Shown: positions 1 to 12,705 of the stretch, piece after piece
How positions within the stretch are numbered: the stretch's first letter is position 1
Layout of the letters: each line of letters opens with the position of its first letter
Assembly (NCBI GenBank): GCA_030295235.1
Contig: AP026129.1
Location: 806,001 to 870,000, forward strand
Direction: 5' to 3'
DNA from: Fistulifera solaris
Lineage: Eukaryota
DNA length: 64,000 nt
Program-made: the position numbers and the translations under genes
Notes under the pieces: model-generated
Database searches by the model: none
Told to the model about the DNA's origin: nothing
The model's input: only the letters and a program-made list of their open reading frames with translations

Positions 1-819
1 TCGCAAGACCAATTTTCAACAACATGGATGTTGCCATCTTCATAGCCTCACTTGTTGCTTCTTCATACTGTCGGATGAATGACGGAATGGCGTTCAACGA
101 CAAAACTGTTCGAATTGACGAAACTGTGGTGTAGGCTACAGAACCAGCTTTACTATATGCTTCCGCCGACCTGGTTCCTTTTCCTTGGTTAAATGTCATG
201 ACCGCCATCGCTGACGCGGAAACAAAGGGAATGACGCAAAGAACCACTAACGCCACTCGCCAAGACGAATAAAATGCATAGGCGATGCCAAAGATTCCGG
301 TGCAAAGAAACTGAATTCCTTCCCCAAATTTGCGTCCCAACCCACGTCGGTACTTGGTGGACGCTGGACCCACCGCATTTGCCATACCTGCAGTATCATT
401 GACGTCAAAATAAGCTGCATCTTGTCGCAAGAGAGCTTTAAACCATTTCAGGCGCAGATTCATGCAACCTCGGTAGGCGCATACTTCAAAGCACCATCCT
501 TGAATGAGACTGGCAATAAGCGCATAGGCTCCCACAACCAAGAAAGTGTACGCCAGTTCTCTGACTTGCGCTAGACCGTCATTACTTGCCGCCGAGATAT
601 CCGAAAAGCTATTGCTGAACAAATAGGCCAACGCCGGATAGACCAGGCCGTTCGCAATACCCGCAATAAAGCCGACAACAAAAGGAGCTGAGTCGAGAAA
701 CCGCATTCAAAGAGGAATCCGAGCGTTTCGCCCACGGAAGCCTGTGGAGCTGCGCTCTTTCGGCTCTTCGAAGAGTCGACTTGGCGTGAAGTTTCGGCTA
801 GCTTATCAGTCGCAGTCAT
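1..819 (-). CDS. ABC transporter subfamily B (MDR/P-glycoprotein type), N-terminal part; runs off the window
   Basis: ATG at 819 (MTATDKLA). After a 1-nt indel in an A-run near 681 the frame reads as TMD1: GIANGLVYPALAYLF...LRLKWFKALLRQDAAYFD...GRKFGEGIQF...AYSKAGSVAYTTVSSIRTV. Confidence 0.85.
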
Positions 820-1193
820 TTTTTTACGCTGTTGATGCCCTTGAACCTGAATGAAAGCCTGTTTTGCCAATCAACAAAACTGAAAAGAGCAATGGCAAGT
901 GAAACGCTTGCTGTTGCTGTCAGGGAAGAAAAGATAAAGGAGAACGTTGAAAATCTCTTTAAGGTTACCAAAAACTAATGAAAGCGGACGAAGCACAAGC
1001 AGAAAGCAGACTGCAATCAGCAATCAGCAATAAAACGTCGTCGGATTGTGAAATGGCGGAACTGAACGACCTCTCACAATGAAGGCGTAGGAATGCATGG
1101 GAACACCCGCGAACAATCGGATACGTGAGTACGTTAGTACCAGTAGCGTTTTCGAAGTCCATTTTCCATTTTCTTCTGACTCAGCTATGGATT

Positions 1194-1415
1194 TGCCGTA
1201 CCCTACGATAAGGACAATTGCGAAATGAAAATTGTAAGCTAAAGGTGAGTTACTCTATTTGACGAGCGGATCCAGGAGGATTCGCTAGGAACAATGAAGA
1301 TCCCTGCAGGTCTGGAACCTTCGCTTGTTCCCGTGCTTCCAAGACTAATACGTAGAGATGACGTCAGCAACTCATGGAGACAGAAAAGGTTAGGGATGAG
1401 CCGTAGGCCAGCGCA
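1194..1415 (-). repeat. 3' LTR
   Basis: tgccgtaccctacg...ccagcgca, identical to 5978-6199 except A1200 vs G5984. On the minus strand it is preceded by a short purine-rich tract (GAGAGGCAG), a weak PPT candidate. Confidence 0.95.
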
Positions 1416-1482
1416 TACTGCCTCTCAAGGGGGGTCTGAGATGAAACGGGAGCAGAGGAACCTTGTAAATAGGAGAAAACCT

Positions 1483-4400
1483 CTACTGTCGATATGGTTT
1501 GACGCGACGAATGGAAATTCGTTCGATCGTAAAGGCATTTCGTCGAATGCTGATGGTACCATTGGTATGGACTTGGACAATCGTAGAATGGTCCGTACGC
1601 TCGAGGCGCAAGTTTAGAAGGATTGTCGGCTAATTTTAGCACTTTATCACCAATACGATAATCGTACGAAAATCTTTTGCGATTAGCTAGAATCATACGC
1701 TTGTCAATAAGTTGTTGACGATGTTGTTGGATATTAATCCAATCTGCAACGACCGGTAGGTCGAGAAGCATGTCCCGGCCAAAAACAAGTGACCCAGGTG
1801 TTGCTTTTAAACCGCTGTGCAACGAAGCGCGTATTGCATACATGCAATTGGCCAAGGCAGTGTCGACCATTTGTTTACCACTGGTAATGCCTGTGGAAGT
1901 GGCTAAGCGCGTCATGGTGCGAAGGGTGTTACCGACGACCTGATGCATGCGCTCACAAATTGAATTCCCTTGGGGATTTTTGACCGTAGTAGGACGTGGA
2001 GTGATATGATTTTCCGCAAGTAGTGTTTGAAAACCGTTACCGGTAAATTCAGTACCGTTGTCGTAAGTAACACTTACTGGTTTTGGATAGCGTGATAACC
2101 ACACGTTATTGAATTGCATAGCAACGTGGTCTGACGTTTTATTGTCGAGTCGGACGAGCTCTGTCAGATGTGTGACTGGGTCGATCATTGTCAACGCAAT
2201 AAATGTTTCATCGTAACCATGAAGATTGAGAGTCCACGGACCAATCAGGTCAACATGAACTTCACGCCATGGATGGGCGGAGGCTTCGCGGGGCGCAGTT
2301 TCGCCATAGCCACGGGAAGGCGGTTTAGCCATTTGGCATTCGTCACACTTGGCAACAATTTGCTCGATGACATCACGAAGTTTCGTGTTGTACAAGTGGA
2401 TGCCGATGGTGTCTTCAAGACGCCGCTGGCCAAGATGACCAAGAGTGTGATGATACCACTCGACTGCCGGACGAAGTAATTCGTCTGGAAGGTAAACCTT
2501 CCAAGGTTCTGAGGGTGCTGGGATGTAACAGCAGAGCTCGAGGTCAGGGGCAAGTTGATTCATCAGAAATTTTTCTGGATGTTTTTCGCGCAGAAGGTTT
2601 AGCCGGGCGTCCCTCAGCTGTGCTTCGCGGATTGTTCGGTAGTCGACTACGAACGGAACCACCTCGGTGGGTGGTAGGTTGACAAAACAATCTAAAAGAT
2701 CAGAGTCGTCGAGTGCCATGGAACTTTGTGTGTCTCGCGCAGGCAAGTCTGCGCCGGAACCGGGATTTTTGTTTTCATCGAATGAAAGCCGTGACAATGC
2801 ATCAGCAAGAGGGTTATCAATGCCCTTTATGTGATGGAGTTTGATACCAAACTCTTCCAGAGAAGAGTCCCCAGCGAATTACTCGCTGGGATTGTGTTGA
2901 CAAATCGGATGAACCGACGTTGTTGAGGTGGTCTGTATAGACATGGAGGTCAGGGCAACCGTAGAGCATAGTTTTAAATTCTTTAAGAACTTCAACAACT
3001 GATAGTAACTCTTTTCACCAACGGTGTAGTTGCGTTGAGCTGCATTGAGCTTCTTTGACCAGTAGGCGACTGGAGCGCCTTCTTGCATGATAACAGCACC
3101 CATTTGGGTGTCGCTGGCATCTGTATAGATGTGAAATGGTTTGTTATGATCCGGGTATCGGAGGAATGCATCTTTGGCGAGAAGAGCTTTTATCTGCGCG
3201 AATGATTTGTTCATTGCTTCGGTCCAGATGAGTTTTGCGTTACCGCTAGAAACAGCAGTTAATGGAGCCAGAACTCCAGAGCGTTGTCGCCACATGTCGC
3301 GATAAAAGTTTACCGCGCCGAGGAAAGAGCGGAGTGCTTTCTTTGTTTTTGGTTTGTTGATCGCGAGGATCGCATTGATTTTCTTACGCCAAGGCTTGAG
3401 CCCTGTCGGAGTAAGCCAGTAACCTAGCCAGTCGGTTTCTTGAACCCCCACTCACATTTGAGTGGATTCACAGTGAAGTTATTATCTTGTAAGATAGTTA
3501 AGACTTTATCAAGCGATTTGATATGATCAGTCCAGGAATTGGAAAAGCAGCCTACATCGTCGATGTAGCAGTTGACTTCGTCGAGTTGACGGAAGAGATC
3601 TTCCATGACTTCTTGAGCGATGTCAGGGGCCATTGATATGCCCATCGGTAGACGATTATATCTATAGTTGCCGAAAGGCGTGCAGATGACGCAAAGGTCC
3701 TTGCTTTCTTCGGTGAGTTCGAAGGTGTAGTAATGCATTGAGACATCAATTTTGGAGAAAAAACTGTAGCCCGATCGTTGCGACAAAATGTCGGTTATTT
3801 TTGGGATAGGATAAACCTTTCGTTTAATAACTTTATTAAGTTCTCTGAAATCAGAAATCCATCGGACGCGACCGTCCTTTTTTGGTATAATAAAGGATGG
3901 AGCGAGCCATTCGTTTGCTCCGCAAGGAGACAAGACGCCAATTTGGACGAGCCGTTCGATTTCGGCTTTGAACGTTTTCAAATGATAACGAGAAACGCCG
4001 TAAGGTCGTTTTGCGACGGGTGTTGCGCCGGGTTGGAGTTCGAGATGAACTTTTTGCGATGATATTTACCGAGCTGTCCGGAGAAAAGCTTTTTATATTT
4101 TGAAAATAGTTGCGCGAGGTCCTGCCTCTGTGATGGTGTGAGATGTTTCTGTTGCAAAGCAACGGAAGTCGGATCGACTGATTCGTATTTAGATTCAAGA
4201 ATATCTTTGGATTTATATCCTGCCTCTCGGGCAATCTGTTCACGAAAGGTGAGGCGATCGTTAAAGGATCATCGGCGTGTTCGGAAACGAACGACGCGGA
4301 AGGTTGATTTGCGAAATAATCGGCAGGCCGAAATGGTATCATTTCGTCGAGCCATCGCACAGTGAGAGTAGAACTCAAAATGTCTATACCCAATGGGATA

Positions 4401-5650
4401 AGAACGTCATTACCTAGAATGATATCGTAGATAGAAGTATCATTATTGAAAACTGTGGCTTTGATATTGCCGTTTATTTTCAACGAAGTTGAGAATTCAG
4501 GAAGCATCATTTCTGATAAAATGACTTCGTGGCGATGTACTTCAGTACCGTGAATGCCCTGGACTTTACGTCCGGGGACCGTAGTTGGTTGTGTACCCTT
4601 AGGTAAAGCGCGACGGTTGATAAATGTTTTATCGGAACCTGAGTCAAAAAGAATTCGAAGAATTCGCTGATTCGGTAGATTTTGAATTGTTTTACAATAC
4701 ATAGTGGTGATTGGACGGACAGTCGTTGAGATGTAGTTGATACTACCAGTGTTAGGCATTAGACTAATGTCGGAAGTACCCGAATGGTACATTGTGTCAC
4801 ATAGTGCAGCGAAGTCCGGGTGGACCTTTTTGTCATTTTCCTCGCTAGGAGGCGGAGCCATTTGATTGGCTGAGGAATAGGACAGAAAAATTTGTTCACT
4901 CGAGGTGAGGAAAGCATGCTCATTCGACGACACGTCTGAAAGGCTGGTGATGATATGCGCGCCGAAATCGGCTGCATTGGAGTAAGTTGATCCATAAGGG
5001 TCGATAAAGACTCGTTGGTCGATTGATGAGGCGTGGATAACATCGTTATCGCGAGGGATGAATGACGATTCCCACGTTGAGGTGGCGATGTCCCAACCAG
5101 TTAATCTGGCCACGACATGCGCCGTGTCGGTCGCAACGTTTGTTGCATTAATGAAATTATTGGACAAAAACGTTCCATGAATATCCACTAATGTGGAGGG
5201 AGGGGCATTATTATGCTGATGCGCGACGTTATTGTTCGATGCTCGCGACTGAGTTGTAAACGAAGCTGTCGACAATGCGATTTTTGTCGAATCGCGTCGA
5301 CTCGTTTTCTTTAACATTGTTAAAGTTGTGCCCTTTAAGGTGCTTTTTAGTTCGAATAATATTCTTTTGATTTTTGTGTTTATTTGTATATTTGTTTGTA
5401 AGTTTACGGTGACCGTGTTTTGCTTTTGATTTGAAACGAAGTTTGTGATGATGCGGTTCTGTCGCGAGAACGGATGAACAAGGAGAAAAATACTCCGCAA
5501 TGAAGCAATCAATAGTGTTGTTGAACGATTCAACGGATGTTGAGGGCTGGTTGTCCACAATGGAATGCCAAGTGCGATTGAGGTTTGGCGGAACCAGAGT
5601 GCGAGGAAAGACCTCGAAAAGCGCCGATCCAATGGATGCGACTGGAACAA
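1483..5650 (-). CDS. pol: Retrotransposon Pol (aspartic protease, RT, RNase H, integrase), split by about 6 single-base indels; 5' boundary uncertain
   Basis: Protease ILFDSGS. RT PKKDGRVR, YRYNRLPMG, YIDD. RNase H YTDASD and NYTVGEKE. Integrase HHCC (YHHTLGH...CDEC) and DDE core (VDLIGP, YDNGTEF, NSICER). Removing one base near 1586 restores the C-terminal GPF module TIVQVHTNGT...RRVKPYRQ* ending at 1483. Confidence 0.92.
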
Positions 5651-5930
5651 CGGACGTGATAGTCGCAGAAATTCGATTGATGTGATCCATCAAGGTTTCA
5701 GAATTGACTGGTTGGTCCATAATAAGAGGAAATTCGCGTTCATAGGACGTCTTGTTGATTGTGAACCGAATGTTCTGGGTGATCTCCATCGGGGAGGCGT
5801 CGTCGTGAAGACTGTTGTTGATGTTTGGTACATGTTCAAAGAACGATGTGTTCACTGTAGAACCGTTGTTGGTCTGTGAAAGACTTTCTTTGTTTATGCT
5901 GTTCATCGCGGAACGGGGGATATTTCTCAT
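5229..5930 (-). CDS. gag: Gag-like ORF (short, no recognisable zinc knuckle)
   Basis: 233-aa ATG ORF starting just inside the 5' LTR/PBS and upstream of pol. Assigned by position, not by a motif. Confidence 0.65.
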   Translation of the reverse strand: MRNIPRSAMNSINKESLSQTNNGSTVNTSFFEHVPNINNSLHDDASPMEITQNIRFTINKTSYEREFPLIMDQPVNSETLMDHINRISATITSVVPVASIGSALFEVFPRTLVPPNLNRTWHSIVDNQPSTSVESFNNTIDCFIAEYFSPCSSVLATEPHHHKLRFKSKAKHGHRKLTNKYTNKHKNQKNIIRTKKHLKGHNFNNVKENESTRFDKNRIVDSFVYNSVASIEQ

Positions 5931-5977
5931 GTTAGAGATGAATGTTTTGAAAAAAAAATTTCAGCGAGTGATCACTA

Positions 5978-6199
5978 TGCCGTGCCCTACGATAAGGACA
6001 ATTGCGAAATGAAAATTGTAAGCTAAAGGTGAGTTACTCTATTTGACGAGCGGATCCAGGAGGATTCGCTAGGAACAATGAAGATCCCTGCAGGTCTGGA
6101 ACCTTCGCTTGTTCCCGTGCTTCCAAGACTAATACGTAGAGATGACGTCAGCAACTCATGGAGACAGAAAAGGTTAGGGATGAGCCGTAGGCCAGCGCA
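5978..6199 (-). repeat. 5' LTR
   Basis: 222-bp copy of 1194-1415 with TG...CA ends, followed by TSD GGATT. Confidence 0.95.
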
Positions 6200-6667
6200 G
6201 GATTCGCTCACTGATCCTCGCCTCGGTGAGATGGAAGTACATTTCATCGTAGAGCGAGTACCTAGTATTTCTCACTATCAACCCTGAAGTTGATTGCTCC
6301 TATTTTGATCCAAATAAAGAATAACCTTAACCACAGCGTGTCCGTCGCGTGAGTCACGCGATCATCTGCAAGGACGTTTTAGTCGTGACCCAAAGGGGAC
6401 ATTATGATATCATTCAGTCCCGACTATAAGTCCTTCATCTTCGTTGGCGACAGCACGCGCGCACGCGCTCACACTTTGGGCCGCACGAAATGCGAGACAC
6501 GAGTGAGAACTGCGAACCGAACAAGAAACCAGGAAAGACGCCAAAAAGTTGCGCCTCGACCATTAAAAGAATCTTACCTGATAATTGTATGCATCACAAA
6601 ACAAAAAAATCGACCGACGAGATAAAAAAACGGCCGAGAACGCTATTCATAACGATTGCTGCAAACC

Positions 6668-8767
6668 ATGATAACATTCCTTCTCCGTTTTGAATTGTCT
6701 GCTCTCATTGCGGTGATGCGCATGGCGCTGTCGGCATCGGAATGTCGGATTTACATGGCCCCCTCGTCTCTCGGCGGCGCATCGTTCGGAATCTACACGA
6801 CATCACCGATCGATGCAGGAGAAAAATTGCTGAGAGGAAATGACGGTCCGAATATTGCTGTTACGGATCCCCATCAACATGGTTCACCAGAGCGACTCCA
6901 GTGGACCGAGTTATTTGACAATTATTGGTGGGGACGAGGGGTTGCCGATCAAGTGTTTTACGAAGCCAAAACGGTACTCGACTTTCAGGATACTTTTGGT
7001 TCGCTGCCGAATCACCACTGTGTATTGGTAAGACTTGCGTGTTCGTCCTCACTTTTTCATCGATCGACCACTTATACGTTTGATCGCATCAACGAAAGGA
7101 CTCAATCTGGCATCGTGCGCCAAAAGTCGCTTACCTTGACTTTATGGATCCTGGCGGTCCTGGAACGGGTGCATTTTCATATCACACCAGTCGCCAATTC
7201 TATGCGTCGGTACGTTGTGTTATTTTTTTTGTAGTCATTTGACAAGTTGATCGCATTCTCGACGACTCATCTTATGTGTAGAGAAAACTGCAAGCTGGGG
7301 AAGAGATCTTTCTAAATTACGGTCATTGCTCAGACGAGGGTTCTGATCTGTTCAGTTCACCAGACTGGAGTAGCCTTATTGCGAAAACCAACGACTACAA
7401 ACTGGCTACGAATGTTGCTATTTATCTTTTATCGGTTCATTTGTCAAAGCCATTGTCGTCTGATGAATACCAACATTTGATTAACACAACGGATATCTTT
7501 CAGGGAGAGATTGTGAGCGATCGGGTTCGCTCGTTGCTACCAAGTACTATGGAAGAACTGATACAAGTATTAGCAGTCGATCCAGAGTTACCGCTCGAAC
7601 AGAAACTCGCGCGATTTGTAGGAAAAGCTATATCCTCTCCGGAATGGATCAAAGAAAACGGACTTTGTTTGGAGAATTTGAGGCCCGCTCCTAGTACATT
7701 ACCCAATGCTGGACAGGGCGCTTTCGCACAAAACGTAATCGAAAAAGGCGAAATAATTGTTCCTGTTCCCTTGCTTCACGTCACGGATCGCGAGGCATTC
7801 CGACTTCCCGATGATAAATACCAACTCATGTTGAATTACTGTTTCGGGCACGACGAATCTAGCTTGCTACTGTGTCCCCTGACCAATGCCGTTCTGATCA
7901 ATCACTGCAGCTCACACCGACAACAGTGTGGACCGGAAGGCCCGAATGCAGTTTTGCAATGGTCTTCCGGTTGGGAACCGCGGCAGGATGAATTCTCGAA
8001 CATGACCGTAGCCAAATTGGGTGAACAACCGGGCCGCGGACTGGCATTTGAAGTAGTAGCGATACGCCGCATTGAACCAGGAGACGAGGTACGTGAATCG
8101 CAGGACGTCTCCTTACTTGTAGTAATATTTTTTCTCACTCACATTACGCGACTGGTCACAGGTATTCATTGACTATGGTCTTTCTTGGGAGAGAGCATGG
8201 GAAGATCATGTTGCCACGTGGGAAACGCCCTATTCGTCGAATTACGTTTCAATCCAAAGTCTGAACGACGCGTTGGTCACTCCAAAAATGTCGGGAGATT
8301 TGCGTGAAATTGAAGATACGACTTTCTTTACCGGATGTTTTTACTGGTCGAGTTCCGACGACTATGATTCTAGTTACGTCGAAGAAAACCCTGATTGGAC
8401 CGAATTGAGCGATGAGGAGATTTTGGAACACTACTCCAGCGACGGAAGCATTTTTGTTGGTGATTATGAGTCTCACAACGGGAACAACTATTGGCCATGC
8501 TCCGTATTGTATCAAGATACCGAAGAGGATGACGAAGAGAGTTATGTCGTCCGCATTCACCAGGCACCATTCGAAAGCACCATGCCATGGAATGAGAAAG
8601 ACTTGCCCCGCATTTTGACGAAATACCCTCGTTCGTCCATTCATTTTTTCAAAAGGCCGTATAAAAGTGCCCAACATTTGCCGAACGCTTTCCGTCATTC
8701 CATTGGCATCCCGAACCACATGTTCCCACTGCAGTGGAGAAACCGATACTACGAAACATCAAAGTGA
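6668..8767 (+). CDS. Signal-peptide-bearing protein with two SET-like domains (diatom-expanded family), 4 exons
   Basis: GT-AG introns 7028-7098, 7210-7281 and 8089-8161 join the frames cleanly. SET motifs: CRIYMAPSS..FGIY, PNHH, AGEEIFLNYG, and again PSTLPNAGQGAFA, LINH, IEPGDEVFIDYG. Hydrophobic N-terminus. Confidence 0.85.
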
Positions 8768-9055
8768 TCTTACCGGTATTATTGTGTTAATTAACTGAAG
8801 CTGTATATATTTTATTGTGTACCGCTTTACTTTGATTTGTTTTACGTAGAATCATCTGAACCGTTTTTTTGCTCGTGCAGACAGAGCAGAGAAAAGCAAA
8901 GAAGGTGCATAACGACGTATTCTTTTAATTTTGCCTTGACTGGGTCCATATCATTATTTCATTCATTGCTAGAGTCGGTGAATCATCGAAAGATAGAGAA
9001 AGACAGCACAAGCAATTCGCATTACTTTTTCGTGAAAAGGCGCCCAAGATTCACA

Positions 9056-11800
9056 ATGTCTTCTGCGCTGACCGTCGACGACGATGATCGTGATTCGGAG
9101 GAACGCCGCCCCCTGGTCCACGAGAATCATAGGGAAGCTCCCATGATCCCATTACCGACGAGTATGAATATCTGCATCATGATTGTTGGTACGCACGGTG
9201 ACGTTCTCCCCTTTACTGGTTTGGCTTTATCATTGAAGGAAATGGGTCATCGCGTTCGAATCGCCACGCACGAAGTGCATCGACATACCGTTGTTAGCAA
9301 AGGCATTGAATTTTATCCCATGGCGGGCGATCCGAAATTGCTTTCAAGTTGGATGGTACAGACGGGTGGATCTATTTGGGGAGAAGCCAAGCATCCTGGA
9401 TTGATTCCCGAAAAGACCAGGGCCGTTTTGGAAATTTTAAAAAGCTCGTGGCCGGCGGCCGTCGAGACCGATCCACTCGACGCTTCGGCACAGCCGTTTG
9501 TAGCCGACGCCATTATCGCCAATCCGCCGGTGATGGGGCATATTCACGTGGCCGAAGCGTTGGGGATTCCCTGTCACATCATGTTCCCACAACCCTGGTA
9601 TTATGGAACCAGTGCTTTCCCCCACCCCATGGCGGGGATGGACTATGTCGAAGGTAGAACCGGTAATTCACAATCCTACCAAGTGTTCGAAGCACTGGCT
9701 TGGACCAACTTTGGACGCGAAATCAATCGATGGCGCAAATGGACCTTAAAATTACCAGCTGTTTCCGCCTACAGTAGCTCTCCCAACTTTGTGAGACACG
9801 CTCGACTTCCCTTTTCGGCCATGTGGAGCCCTGCTTTTGTTCCAAAGCCGGACGACTGGCCCGATCAGTGCAAAGTCGTCGGTACTTTTGTGATAGATCA
9901 GAAATCAACCGCTGACCTGTCGCCGTTTGCGAATTTGCAAAGGTGGTTGGATTCGGGAGACAAACCTGTATTCATCGGTTTTGGAAGTATGGTGATTAAA
10001 GATCCATCTCGCATTGAATCCATCATCCGAGAAGCGGCATTAGAAGCCAAGTGCCGTGTCGTGGTACAATCGAGCTGGACGAAACTGGACGTGGAGCTAC
10101 CCGAGGGAGCGGAAGGTTCCGAACTGTTACGAAATGTTGGACCATGTCCACACGACTGGTTGTTACCGCAGTGCTGTGCTGTAGTCCACCACGGTGGAGC
10201 TGGAACTGTAGCCGCGGGCTTGAGACTTGGCTTGCCAACGTTGGTTTGTCCTTTCTTTGCCGATCAATTCATGTGGGGCTTCTTCGTCGAAGAGGCAGGC
10301 GTGGGTCCGAAGGCGTGTCCCGTCAACAAACTCACGAAGGACTGTCTCGTGGAGAAGTTGCTTGCATTAAAGGATCAAAAAATTCGACAAAAAGCACAAG
10401 CACTAGCTGAGAAGATGAAGCTAGAAGATGGAATTCAGGGTGGCTTAATTCATTTCTTGGATTCGCTTCCACGTGAAAACATGCTTTGCGACGTCTCCTT
10501 GCTACTCGGTGAAGTGAAGCAAGCACGTTATGAACTGCTGGGTACCAGAATCCTTCATAATGGTATTAAAGTAAGTTCGGAGGTTGCGGCTTTGCTCGAA
10601 ACGGAATATAAGTTCGACTTTTCCTGGGAGTCTTTCAAAGCATGGTTGCCCAGTTTGAAATCTTGGAACGATAGGTATTATTTCACTTATGGGATTCGCC
10701 GTCATGCTGTCTGCAAACACATGTTGACTGGGCACATCCGATCGTTTTTGCGGGGGGATTTTTACGGCGTTTGGTAAGTCGCTACTTCTTTTTGGACTTT
10801 TGGTAATCTATGTTTCGTTATGCTAAACGATATGGTTCCGCATGCACCAGGGAGTTCCTTCTTTGCTGGAATCGATGCTTTGTTACAGCTTTATGTTCTC
10901 TCCGACTATCATGCTCGTGTTAATGGTGCCTTCGGATGCATTTTCGGACTAATTATTTCAGCATTCGCTGTCGTGTGGCAACTGCTGATGATTCTTCCTT
11001 TGTTCTTTGATCGGATCATTCTCGGTATCACAAATGGTTGTTTCGGAAAGGACTTTGACTATGTTTTATACGTCGGGTATAAGGTGCATGTCTACAAGAC
11101 GGCCTACGTGGAAGCCGAGAAAGCCTCGATTGCGACGAAAGGGTTTTCGAAAGCGAGGAAAACGGAACTTCTTGAAGCCCTTCGATACGTTGTGAACGCG
11201 CGCATTGTTTTCCAAGGAGCTCATCCACATCGTGGTAAACGACACGAGAATTTTCTTTCCGTTAGACTCGACAGATTGCTCAAAATGTTATCCATGCCCG
11301 AGAGTAAGCGGCTAATGAAGCTTTCGCAGCAAGAGGTAGACGAAGTAGCCGATCTACTAGCATCTTTGTCACGACCACAAGCAAAGCAGCAACAGCAGCA
11401 ACCTTACTTTACAAAATTCATCCTGCGATTTGCATCTAACTATGACAAAGAAAACGACGACGACAACGACAACAACAACAAAAGCAACAATAATCTTGGA
11501 GAGGATGACCAAGCAAGCGTCGGGTCAAAGGGTTCTCGGAACTCACGAGGCAGTATCAAGCGCTCGTTATCTGATTTATCCACTCGACTCAAAGGAACTA
11601 TCCACAATCTGATCTCTAGCAATCCCGACAAGTACGCTGACACTGAAGTCAGTTTCAGCATGTTTTTACACTGCCTCCATTTGGTTAGTAAAGAACGTTA
11701 CCAGCACAAGTCTCGACGTACATTATTTCGAGATTCATCGTTTTATATGAAAGACATTGATGGTTCCAACATTGATGGATTTTCGGAGTATCTATTCTGA
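9056..11800 (+). CDS. Sterol 3-beta-glucosyltransferase-like (UGT80/Atg26-type glycosyltransferase) with C-terminal hydrophobic extension
   Basis: [55 protein letters not shown]. Intron 10774-10850. The join needs one G fewer in the G6 run near 10752. Confidence 0.9.
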
Positions 11801-12705
11801 TGTTCGTGTTCTAATTTTAATTTTTTTTGTTGCCAAAGTCATCATCGTTTTGTCCCGTAATTGTATCCTTAGGATAAGACAGGGTTGGACGAAGGCGTGA
11901 ATCTTCCGAGAGAAACAATCGAGACGTGCTAATGGTATTGCATTGTAAAAGCAAGTATCGCTCACCAGATTAGCAAAACCAACGTGTGCTAACGAGCAAA
12001 TTTTGCTACCAGGTATCGCTAGCCTCTACGAAGTAAGTTTGACTTGGGCATAAAACTATGATTCATGACTGAAATGCAGTCGTGAAAAAGGTCGCTTACA
12101 ATTGGGTCTACAGTAACCATTTATTTCAATTGTCGATTAGCGTTGGAAATAAGGAATCTAGAATGTCACATGAGCTTGTTTCACAGCAGGTGATGATACG
12201 CATGCACGCATGCGTTTCGAGATGAGTCAGTGTGGTATGAAATGTACAATCGCTGACGGATGCCATCGTCCACTCATCACAGCGCGGTGCTTTCGTGTTC
12301 GAAACAATCATCCCTGCGACAAGATTTGCCGTGCTCGAAGGTGACGAAAGCAACACAAGCAGGCGGCAAATTCTGTGTGACTTCTTAGTCAGTGAGTCCT
12401 ATTACGTTTTATTGACATCTCTTGCTTCAGCAATAAACTTGTAGAATAGACTCTGCAGAATCGCCTTTTCATTAATAAAACATTTCGAAGAGTAGGTGCG
12501 TTTGACGCCGGAATCCGTTGCAGAGAGGAGTGATAAAGCGTCGCGACAAGAGCAACCGTGTGATTTTCTTCTCGAAATTGTGAATCAAAGATTGATTTTT
12601 TTGCACATTTTCACGTCACTTACGACCGTTGTTTGTGTCTTTTCCTCTCAAATCCTCTAATCAGTTCTTTTAGTCTAAGCGTAGTTGAGGAGACACAACA
12701 ACGAC

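Larger units (their letters stand above)
1194..6199 (-). mobile_element. Full-length Ty3/Gypsy LTR retrotransposon
   Basis: Two 222-bp direct repeats bounded by TG...CA. A 5-bp TSD GGATT lies at 1189-1193 and 6200-6204. The internal domain order on the minus strand is gag-PR-RT-RNaseH-IN, the Gypsy order. Confidence 0.97.

Noticed and set aside
1294..1617. Duplicated ORF MKIPAGLEPS... (also 6078-6287)
   Set aside because: It is the antisense reading of the two LTRs and diverges exactly at the LTR edge.
6200..6208. Flank GGATTCGCT matches 9 nt inside the LTR, suggesting homology-guided integration
   Set aside because: The match is short enough to be chance, and the clean 5-bp TSD indicates ordinary integrase-mediated insertion.
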